Below are positions 53,885 to 63,466 of a DNA stretch of 64,000 nucleotides, piece after piece. Source of the DNA: the human T2T-CHM13v2.0 reference genome, Homo sapiens; contig CP068257.2 in assembly GCA_009914755.4 (NCBI GenBank), positions 2,048,001 through 2,112,000 of the forward strand. Reading direction: 5' to 3'. The position numbers and the translations under genes were made by a program. How positions within the stretch are numbered: the first letter of the stretch is position 1; the number at the start of each line of letters is the position of its first letter. The notes under the pieces are model-generated. The model ran no database searches and had not been told where the DNA came from. It worked only from the letters and a program-made list of their open reading frames with translations.

Positions 53885-54235
53885 GGAAAGGAATGGAAAG
53901 GAATGGAATGGAATGGAGAGGAGTGGTGTCGATTGGGGTGGAAGGGAGTGGAGTGGGGTGGAATTTAGTGAAGCCGAGTCGAATGGAGTGTATTTCAGTG
54001 GAATGCAATGGAATGGAGTGGAGTGGAATGGAGTGGAGTTGAGTGGAATGGAATGGAATGCAGTGGAGTGGAGTGGAATGGAATGGAATGGAATGGAATC
54101 GAGTGGAGAGGAGTGGAATGGAATGGAAAGGAATGGAGAGGAGTGGTGTCGATTGTGGTGAAACGGAGTGTAGTGGAGTGGAATTTAGTGAAGCAGATTC
54201 GAATGGAGTACAGTTGAGTGGAATGGAATGGAATA
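53885..54235 (+). repeat. Tandem duplication of a ~220-bp unit (marker ggagtggtgtcgattg.ggtg...gaatttagtgaagc)
   Basis: The marker is at 53925 and 54145. An older copy lies at ~52805. Partial homology between 51830-52090 and 53215-53470 (ggggaggggttt.gaatc.attggaatggaatgtaa...attgagga/attgaagggaaaggaatggaa) points to a ~1.1-1.4 kb HOR in this region. Confidence 0.7.
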
Positions 54236-55941
54236 CAAATGAGTGCATTGCAGTGGAAAGATACGGAATGGAATGGAGTTGAATGGAATGGAGTGCAGTG
54301 GAGTGAAATCGAGTGGATTGGAATTTATTGAAGTGGAGTGGATTGGAGTGGAATGGAATGGAATGGAACATATTGGAGTGGAGTGCAGTGGAGTGAAGGG
54401 GAGTATGGAATGGAAGGGAATGGTTTGGAGTGGAATGGAGGGGAATGAAATGGAGTTGAATGGAGTGGAGTGGTTTGGTACGTAGTGGTGAGGAATGCAA
54501 TGCAGTGGAATGGAATGGAGTGGAACGGAACGGAATGGAATGTAGAGGAATGGAATGGAGTGCAATGGAATGGAATACAATGGAAAGGAATGGAGTGTTG
54601 TAGAATGGAATGGAATGGAATGGATGGGAGTGGAGTGGAGTAGAATGGAATGGAGTGGAATGGAGTGAAATGGGGAGGAGAGGAATGGAATGGTCTGGAA
54701 TGGAATGGAATGGAGTAGAAATGAATGGAATGCAGAGGAGTGGAATGGAATGGAGTGGCATGGGACGGGTTGGAATGGAGTGGAAAAGAATGGATTGGTA
54801 TGGAATGGAATGGAATGAAATGGAATTGAATGGAATGGAATTGAGTGGAGTGGAGGGGAATGGAATGGAAAGGAATGGAATGCAGTGGAGAGAAGAAGAA
54901 TGGAATAGCATGGAATGGAGTGAAATATAGTGGAATGGAGTCGAAAGTAATGGAATGGAGTGGAGTAGAATGGAATGGATTTGAAAAGAATGGAATGGAG
55001 TGGACTGGAAAGGAGAGAAGTGGTATGGAGTGGAGTGGAGTAGAGTGGAGTGGAGTAGAATGGAATGGAGTGGAATGGAATGGAATGCAAAGGAGTGGAG
55101 TGGAATGGAGTGGAGTGGAATGGAGATTAGTGAAATTGAATGGAGTGGAGTGGAGGAGAATGGAGTGGACTGGAGTGGAGTGGAGTGGAATATAATGAAA
55201 TGGAATGGAGTGGAGGGCAGTATAGTAGAGTGGAGTGGAATGGAATGGAATAGAGTGGAGTGGAATGGAGTGGAATGCAGTGGAGTGGAGTGGAATGAAA
55301 TGGAATGGAGTGCAGTGGAATAGAATGCAACGGAGTGTAATGGAATGGAATGGAGTGATGTGGAGTGGAGTAGGGTGTACTTGAGAGTAATGGTTTCATG
55401 TGGTATGGAATGGTATGGAATGGAGGGGAAACGAATGGAGTGGAGAGGAATGGAAAGGAGTGGAGTGGAATGGAATGGAGTGGAGTGCAATAAAATGGAA
55501 TAGAGTGGAAAAATATGAATGGAGTGGAATGGAGTGGATTGTAGTGGAGTGGATTGTGGTGGAGTTGAATGGAAATGAATAGACTGGAGTACAATGGAAT
55601 GAAGTGCAATGGAAGGGAATGAAATGGAGTGGAGTGGAATGCTATGGAATGGAATGGAATGGGTTGGAATGGAATGAAATGTAGTGCATTGGAATGGAGT
55701 GGAGTGGAATGGAATGGAGTGGAGAGGAAAGAAATGGAATAGAGAGCAATAGAATGGAATGGAGATGGAATGGAGAGGAGTGGAGTGGAATGGAGTGGAG
55801 TGGAGTGGAATGGAGTGGAGTTGAGTGGAATGGAATGGAATGGAACAGAGTGGAGTGGAGTGAAGTGGACTGGCGTGGAATGGAATGGAATGGAATGGAG
55901 TGGAATGGAAAGGAGTGTGGTGGAAAGAAGTGGAATAGACA

Positions 55942-56082
55942 GGAATGGGATGGAGTGTATTGGAGTGGAGTGGAGTGGAATGTAATGGAGTGTAATGGAG
56001 TGGAGTGGAGTGGAATGGGATGGAGTGTATTGGAGTGGAGTGGAGTGGAATGTAATGGAGTGTAATGGAGTGGAGTGGAGTG
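55942..56082 (+). repeat. Tandem duplication of a 70-bp unit
   Basis: ggaatgggatggagtgtattggagtggagtggagtggaatgtaatggagtgtaatggagtggagtggagt is present twice, back to back and near-identical. Confidence 0.85.
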
Positions 56083-57303
56083 GAATGGAATGGAGTGGAA
56101 TGGAGTGGAGTGGAACGGAATGGAATGGAATCGATTGGAGTGAAATGGAGTGGAATGGAAGGGATTGGAATGGAGTGGAGTGGATTAGAATGTATTGGAG
56201 TGGAATGCAATGGAGTGGAATGCAATGGAGTGGAACGGTATGGAATGGAATGTAGTGGAATGGAATGAAATGGAATGGAATGGAGTGTAATCGTATGGAA
56301 TAGAATGGAATGGACTGGATTGGAGTTGAATGGAATGGAATGGAGTGGATTACAATGGAGTGGAATGCAGTGAATTGGAATGGGGAGGAATGGAATGGTG
56401 TGGAGTGGAATGGAATGGAGTGGAGCTGAATACAATGCAGAGGAGTGGAATGGAATGGAGTGGCATGGAATGGATTGGAACGGAATGGAAAGGAATGCAG
56501 TGGTGTGGAATGGCATGGAATGGAATGTAATGGGATGCAATGGAATGGAATGGAATTGAGTGGAGTGGATTGGAATAGAATGGAATGGAATGGAGTGGAT
56601 GAACAGGAATGGAATGGAATGAAATTTAGTGAAATATAGAATAATGGAGTGGAGTGGAATGAAACAGAGCAGCGTGTAATGGACTGGATTGGAATGGAAT
56701 GGAATGGAGTGGATTGGAATGGAGAGAAGTTGAATAGAGTGGAGTGGAGTGGAATGGAGTGGAATCGAGTGGAATGGAATGGAATGGAAAGGAGTGGAGT
56801 GGACTGGAGTGGAGTGGAATGGATTGGAGTGGAATGGTATGGAGTAGAGTGGAGTAGAATGGAGTGGACTAGAGTGCAGTGGATTGGAGTGGAATATAAA
56901 GGAATGGCATGCAGTGGTGTGGAGTATAGTCGAGTGATGTGGAATGGAGGGGAGTGGAATGGAATGGAATGGAGTGGAATGGAATGGAACGGAACGGAAC
57001 GGAACGGAATGGAATGGAATGGAATGGAATGGAGTGGAGTGGAATGGAATGCTATGGAGTGGAATTTACTGGAAAGGAGTGGAATTAACTGGAGTGGACT
57101 GGAATTGAATGGAGTGGAAGGGAATGGAATGAAGAGGAATGGAGTGAAGTGGAGTGGAGAGGAATAGAGTGGAGTGGAGTGGAGTGGAATGGTGGAGTGG
57201 AGTGGAATGGAATGGAGTGGAGTGGAATGGAATGGAGTGGCTTGGAGTGGAGTTGAGTTGAATCAAATTTAACTGAATGGAATGGAATGCAATGGAATGG
57301 AAT

Positions 57304-57369
57304 GGGTGCGGAGATTGTGTAACTGCGTTACAGCCTGTGTGACAGAGAGAAATCATGTCCAAAGAAAGG
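57304..57369 (+). mobile_element. Alu (SINE) 3'-end fragment, ~65 bp, with a degenerate A-rich tail. Copy 1 of 11
   Basis: gggtgcggagattgtgtaactgcgttacagcctgtgtgacagagagaaatcatgtccaaagaaagg. It aligns by eye to the Alu consensus 3' end ...GCCGAGATCGCGCCACTGCACTCCAGCCTGGGCGACAGAGCGAGACTCCGTCTCAAAAA. Confidence 0.8.
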
Positions 57370-58304
57370 AGTGTAATGGGGTGGGATGGAGTTGAGTGGA
57401 ATGGAATGGAGTGGCGTGGAATGGAGTGGAGTGGAGTGGAATGGAGTGGAGAGGAATGGAGTGGAATGGAATTGAGTGGAGTGAAATGGAATGGAGCGGA
57501 GTGGACTGAAATTGAATGGATCGTTGAGTGGAGTGGAGTGGAATGGGGTGGAGTGGAGTGGAATGGAGTGGAATGGAATGGAGTGGAGTGAAACGGAATG
57601 GAGCAGAGCGGAGTGAAATGGAATGGATCAGAGAGGAGAGGAATTGAATGGAGTGGAGTGGTATGGACTGTAATTGAGTGGAATGGACTGGAGTGAAATG
57701 GAATAGAATGGAGTGGAAGGGAATGGAGTGGAGTGTGGTGGAATGGAGTGGAGTGGAGTGGAGTTGAGTGGAATTGAATGGAGTGCAGTGGAATAGAATG
57801 GAATGGAGTTAACTGGAATTTTCTGGAATGGAGTGGAATGGACTGGAGTGCAATGGAATGGTGTGGAATGAAATGGAATGGAGTGTAACGGAGTGTAGTG
57901 CAGTAGAGTGGAGTGGAATGGAGAGGCCTGGAGTGGAGTGGAGTGGTATGGAATGGAATAGAACGGGGTCGAGTGGAATGGAATGGAGTGTTGTGGACTG
58001 GAGTGGAGTGGAGTGGAATGGAATGGAGTGGTGTGGAGTGGAGTGGAGTACAGTGAAGTGGAGTGCAATGGAATGGAATGGTATGGAGTACAGTGAAATA
58101 GAGTGGAATGGAATGGAGTGGATTGGAATGTAGTGGTGCGCAATGGAACCGAATGGAGTGGAGTGGAGTAGAATGGAGTGGATTGGAATGGAATGCAACG
58201 GAATGCAGTGGAGTGGAATGGAATGGAGTGGCGTGGAATAGATTTGAGTGAAATTGAAAGGAATGGAATGGAATGTCATGGAATGGAATGGAATGGGTGT
58301 TGAG

Positions 58305-58370
58305 ATTGTGCCATTGTGCTACAGCCTGTGTGACAGAGGGAGATCCTGTATAAAGAAAGGTGTGGATTTG
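58305..58370 (+). mobile_element. Alu 3'-end fragment, copy 2
   Basis: gggtgttgagattgtgccattgtgctacagcctgtgtgacagagggagatcctgtataaagaaagg. Confidence 0.8.
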
Positions 58371-59013
58371 GATGGAGTGGAGTGGAATGGAGAGGAACGG
58401 AGTGGTGTGGAGTGGAATGGAGGGGAGTGGAGTGCAGTGGAGTGGAATGGATGGGAGTGGAGTGCAGTGGAGTGGAATGGAGAGGAATGGAGTGGTGTGG
58501 ATTGGAATGGAGTGGAGTGGAGTGGAGTGGAGTGGAATGGAGTGGAGTGGACTGGAGTGGAGTGGAGTGGAATGGAGTGGAGTGGACTGGAGTGGAGTGG
58601 AGTGGAATGGAGTTCAGTGGGGTGGGGTGGAGTGGAATGGAGTAGAAAGGAATGGAGTGGAGTGTGGTGGAGTGGAGTGGAGTGGAGTTTAATGGAATGG
58701 ATTGGAGTGGAATGGAATAGAATGGAGTGGAGTGGAATGGATTGGAGTGTTGTGGATTGGAGAGAAGTGGAATGGCATGGAGTGGAATGGAATGGCATGG
58801 AGTGGAGTAGAGAGGAGTGGAGAGGACTAAAGTGGAGTGGAATGGAATGGAGTGGAATGAAGTGGAATGTAGTGCAGTGCAGTGGAGAGTAGTGGAATGG
58901 ACAGGAATGGAATCTTATGTAATGGAATGTAGTGGAGTGGAGTGGAATGGAGTGGAGTGGAGTGCGGTGGAACAGAATGGAACGGAATAGAGTGCAACGG
59001 AATGGAACAGAAC

Positions 59014-59079
59014 GGGTGCTGAGATTGTGCCACTGCGCTACAGCCTGTGTGACGGAGGGAGATCCTGTCGAATAAAAGG
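59014..59079 (+). mobile_element. Alu 3'-end fragment, copy 3
   Basis: gggtgctgagattgtgccactgcgctacagcctgtgtgacggagggagatcctgtcgaataaaagg. Confidence 0.85.
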
Positions 59080-59156
59080 AGTGGAATGGGATGGAGTGGA
59101 GTGCAGTGGAGTGGTGTGGAGTGGAGTGGAATGGAATGGAATAGAATGGAATGAAA

Positions 59157-59222
59157 TGTGTGCTGAGATTGTGCCACTGCACAACACCCTGTTTGACAGA
59201 AGGAGACCCTGTCGAAAGAAAG
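59157..59222 (+). mobile_element. Alu 3'-end fragment, copy 4, more diverged
   Basis: gtgtgctgagattgtgccactgcacaacaccctgtttgacagaaggagaccctgtcgaaagaaagg. Confidence 0.75.
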
Positions 59223-59575
59223 GAGTGGAATGGGTTGGAGTGCAGTGTAGTGTAGTGGAGTGTAGTGGAATGGAGTGGAGTGGAGTGGAATGGAGTGGAG
59301 TGGAGTGGAATGGAGTGGAATTCAGTGGAGTGGATTGTAATGGAGTGGAGTGGAGTGGAATCGAGTGGAGAAGAGTCGAATGGAATGGAGTGCAGTGAAA
59401 TGGAAAGAACGGGACTGTAGTGGAATGGAGTGGAGTGGAGTTGAATGGAATGGAATGGACTGGAGTGGAATGGAATGGAATGGTGCGTAATGGAATGGAC
59501 TGGAATGCAGTTGAATGGAATGGAGTGGAGTGGAACAAAATGGAATGGAAGGAACCAGAATGAAACGGAACAAAA

Positions 59576-59642
59576 TGTGTGCTGAGATTGTGTCACTGTG
59601 CTACAGCCTGTGTGACAGAGGGAGGTCCTGTCGAAAGAAAGG
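59576..59642 (+). mobile_element. Alu 3'-end fragment, copy 5
   Basis: gtgtgctgagattgtgtcactgtgctacagcctgtgtgacagagggaggtcctgtcgaaagaaagg. Confidence 0.85.
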
Positions 59643-60184
59643 AGTGAAATGGAATGGAATGGGGTGGAGTGGAGTGGAGTGGAGCAGAACGGAGTGGAGT
59701 GTAGTGGAGTGGAATGCAGTGGAGTGGAGTGGAATGGAGTGGAGAGGAGTGGATGGAGTGGAGTGGAGTGGAATGGAGTGGAATCGATTGGAATGGACTT
59801 GAGTGGAATGGAATGGACTGGAGTGGAATGGAATGGAATGGAGTGGAATGGAATGGAGTGAAGTGGAGTGGAATGGATTGCAGTGGAGTGGAGTGGAGAG
59901 GAATTGTGTGTAATGGAACAGGGTGGAGTGGAATGGAATGGAATGGAGTGGAGTGGAATTTACTGGAGTAGAGTGGTATGGACTAGAGTGGAATGGAATG
60001 GAATGGAGTGGAACGGAATGGAATGAGTGGAGTGGAGTGGAATGTCGTGGAGTGGAGTAGAATGGAGTGGAGTGGAATGGAATGCAACGGAATGAAGTTG
60101 AGTGGAATGGAATGGAGTGGTGTGGAGTAGACTTGAGTGAAACGGAAAGGAATGGAGTAGAATGCAATGGAATGGAAAGGAATA

Positions 60185-60249
60185 GGTGTTGAGATTGTGC
60201 CATTGCTCTACAGCCTGTGTGACAGAGGGAGAACCTGTCGAGCGAAAGG
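60185..60249 (+). mobile_element. Alu 3'-end fragment, copy 6
   Basis: ggtgttgagattgtgccattgctctacagcctgtgtgacagagggagaacctgtcgagcgaaagg. Confidence 0.8.
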
Positions 60250-60964
60250 AGTGGAATGGGATGGAGTGGAGTGAAGTGGAGTGTAGTGGAGTGGAATGGA
60301 GAGGAACAGAGTGGTGTGGAGGGGAATGAAGTGGAGTGGAGTGGAATGGAGTGCAGTGGAGTGGGGTGGAGTGGAATTGAGTAGAAAGGAATGGAGTGGA
60401 GTGTGGTGGAATGGAGTGGAGTGGAGTTTAATGAAATGGATTGGAATGGAATGGAATGGAATGGAGTGGAGTGGAGTGGAGTGGAATGGATTGGAGTCGA
60501 GTGGAGTGGAGAGCAGTGGAATGGAGTGGAATGGAATGGAATGGAATGGAATGTAGTGGAATGGAATGGAATGGAATGGAATGTAGTGGAGTGGAATGGA
60601 ATGGAATGGAATGTAGTGGAATGGAATGGAATGGAATGGAATGTAGTGCAATGGAATGGAATGGAATGGAATACAATGGAGTGGAGTGGAATGGAATGGT
60701 GTGGAGTGGAGCAGAAAGGAATGGAGTGGAACGGAATGAAGTGGAGTGGAGTTGAGTCGAATGGAGTGAAATGGAATGAACTGGAATGAAATGGAGAGGA
60801 GTGGAATGGAATGGATAGGCGCGGATTGGAGTAGAGTAGAATAGAATGGGATGGAATGAAATGGAGTGGAGGGGAGTGGAATTTAGTGGAGTGGAGTGGA
60901 ATTGAGTGGAGGGTAGTGGAGAGCAGTGGAATGGAATGGAATGGAATGGAATAGAATAGAATAA

Positions 60965-61028
60965 GTGCAGAGTTTGAGCCACTGCACTGCATCCTGTGTG
61001 ACAGAGGGAGATTCTGGCGAAAGAAAGA
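60965..61028 (+). mobile_element. Alu 3'-end fragment, copy 7, diverged
   Basis: gtgcagagtttgagccactgcactgcatcctgtgtgacagagggagattctggcgaaagaaag. Confidence 0.7.
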
Positions 61029-61839
61029 ATTGGAATGGGAAGGAGTGTTGTGGATTGGAGTTCAGTGGAATGGAGTGGAATGGAGTGGAGTGGAGTGGAG
61101 TGGAATGGAGTGGAATGGAGTGGAATGGAATGGAATGGAATGGAGTGGAGTGGAATGAAACAGAATATAGTGGAATGGAGTGGAGTGGAATGTACTGGAG
61201 TGGAGTGGAATTGACTTGAGTGGAAATGATTGGAATGGAGTGGTGTGGAATGGATTGGAGTGTGGTGGAATAGAGTGGAGCGTAGTGGAGTGTAGTGGAG
61301 TTGAATGGAATGGAACGGAGTGGCGTGGAATTGAATGGAATGGAATGGAGTGGAATTTACTGGAACGGTGTGGAATGGGCTGGAGTTGAATGGAACGGAA
61401 CGGATTTTAAAGGAAAGGAATGGAGTGGAATGGAGTGTAGTGGAGTTGAGTGGAGTTGAATGGAGTGTAGTGGACTGGAGTGCAGTGGAGTCCAGTGTAA
61501 TGGAATGGAAATCTATGGACTGCAGTGGAATGAAATGCAGTGGTTTTGAGTGGAGTGTAGTGGAATAGAATGGAATGGAATGGAAAGGTGGAGTGGAGTG
61601 GAATTCAGTGGAGTGGATTGCAGTGGAATGGAACGGAATGGAATGCAATGTAGTGGAGTTGTTTAGAGTGGAGTGGATTGGAAAGGAATGGAAAGAAATG
61701 GAGTGGAATGGAGTGCAGTAGAGTTGAGAGGAGCGGAATGGATTGGAATGGAATCAGATGTAATGGAATGTGGTGGAGTTGAGTTGAGTGGAGTGGAACG
61801 GAATGGAAAGGAACAAAACATAATGGAACGGAATGGAAT

Positions 61840-61904
61840 GTGTGCTGAGATTGTGCCACTGCGCTACAGCCTGTTTGACAGAGGGAGAGCCTGTTGAAAG
61901 AAAG
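61840..61904 (+). mobile_element. Alu 3'-end fragment, copy 8
   Basis: gtgtgctgagattgtgccactgcgctacagcctgtttgacagagggagagcctgttgaaagaaagg. Confidence 0.85.
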
Positions 61905-62427
61905 GAGTGGAATGGGATTGGGTGGAGTGCGGTGGAGTGGAGTGGAGTGGAATGGAGTGGAGTGGAGTGGATTGGAGAGGAGTGGATGGAGTGGAGTGGA
62001 GTGGAATGGAATGGGGATAAGAGGAAAGGAATGTAGTGTAGTGGAATGGAAAGGCCTGAAGTGGAATGGAATGCAATGGAGTGGAATGGAATGGATTGGA
62101 GTGGAATGGAGTGGAGTGGAGTGGAATTGAGTGGAATGCAATGCAGTGGAGTGGAAGGGAATTAAATGGAATGGGGTATAATTGACTGGAATGGAGTGGA
62201 ATGGACTGGAGTGGAATGGATTAGAAAGGAGTGGACTGGAATGCAATGGAGTGGAGTGGAGAGGTGTGGAGAGGAGTGGATTGGAGTGCAATGGAGGGCA
62301 ATGGAGTGGAGTGTAGTCGAGTGGTGTGTAATGGAGTGTAGTAGAGTGGAATGGAATGGAGTGGGGTGGAGTGGAGTTGAGTGGAATGTAATATAATGGA
62401 ATGGAATAGAATAGAATGGAATGGAAT

Positions 62428-62490
62428 GGGTGCTGCGATTGTGCCACTGCACTACAGTGTGACAGACGGAGATCCTGTCGAAAAAAAAGA
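62428..62490 (+). mobile_element. Alu 3'-end fragment, copy 9, with an A8 tail
   Basis: gggtgctgcgattgtgccactgcactacagtgtgacagacggagatcctgtcgaaaaaaaag. Confidence 0.8.
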
Positions 62491-62683
62491 GTGGAATGTG
62501 ATGGAGTGTAGCGGAGTGCAGTGAAGTGGAATGGAGTTGAGTGGAATGGATTGGAGTGGAGTGTAAAGGACTGGAGTGGAGTGGAATGGACTCGAGTGGA
62601 GTGGAGTGGACTGGAAAGAAATGGAATGGAATGAAATGGAATGGAATGCACTGGAATGGAATGGAATGGTGTGGAATGGAATG

Positions 62684-62749
62684 GGTGCTGAGATTGTGAC
62701 ACTGCACTGCAGCCTGTGTGACAGAGGGAGACCCTGTCGAATGAAAAGA
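62684..62749 (+). mobile_element. Alu 3'-end fragment, copy 10
   Basis: gggtgctgagattgtgacactgcactgcagcctgtgtgacagagggagaccctgtcgaatgaaaag. Confidence 0.85.
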
Positions 62750-63400
62750 GTGGAATGCGATGTAGTGGACTGGAGTGGATTGGAGTGGAGTGGAGTAGAA
62801 TGGAGTGGAGTGGAGTGCACTGGAGTTGAGTGGAGTAGAGTGGACTGGAATGGAATGGAATGGAGTGGAGTGTAATTGAATGAAGTGGTGTGGAAGAGAG
62901 TGGAGAGAAATGTAATGGAATGGAATGGAACTGAATGGAGAGGGGTGGAGTGGAGTGCAGTGCAATGTAATGTAATGTAATGGAATGGAATGGAAAGGAG
63001 TGGAGTGGAATGGAGTGCAATGGAATGGAGTGCAATGGATGAAGTGGAGTGGAGTGCAGTGGAGTGGAATGGAGTGGAATGAACTGGAATGGAATGGAGT
63101 GGAGTGGAATGGAATGGAGAGGTGTGAAGTGGAGTAGAGTGGAATGAAATGGAATGTAATAAAGTAGATTGGTGTGGAGTGGAATTGAGTGGAGTGCAGT
63201 GAAATGGAATGCAATGGAATGGAATGGAGTGGAGTTGAGTGGGGTGGAGTGGAAACGAATGGAGTGGAATGAAGTGCAGTGAAGTGGAGTGGAGCCAAAT
63301 GGAGTGGAATGGAATCCGATGTAATGGAATATAGTGGAGGGGAGTGCAGTGGAGTGGAAAGGAATGGAACGGAACAGAATGGAATGGAACGGAATGAAAT

Positions 63401-63466
63401 GTGTGCTGTAATCACGCCACTAAGCTACTGCCTGTGTGATAGAGGGAGATCCTGTCGAGAGAAAGG
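63401..63466 (+). mobile_element. Alu 3'-end fragment, copy 11, diverged
   Basis: gtgtgctgtaatcacgccactaagctactgcctgtgtgatagagggagatcctgtcgagagaaagg. Confidence 0.7.

Noticed and set aside
57304-63466. The 11 Alu pieces as independent retrotransposon insertions, that is, a transposon hotspot
   Set aside because: All copies are the same ~65-bp 3' tail. They share the same truncation point and orientation and have no left monomer or target-site duplications. All share the identical downstream satellite flank. Amplification of one old insertion is far more parsimonious.
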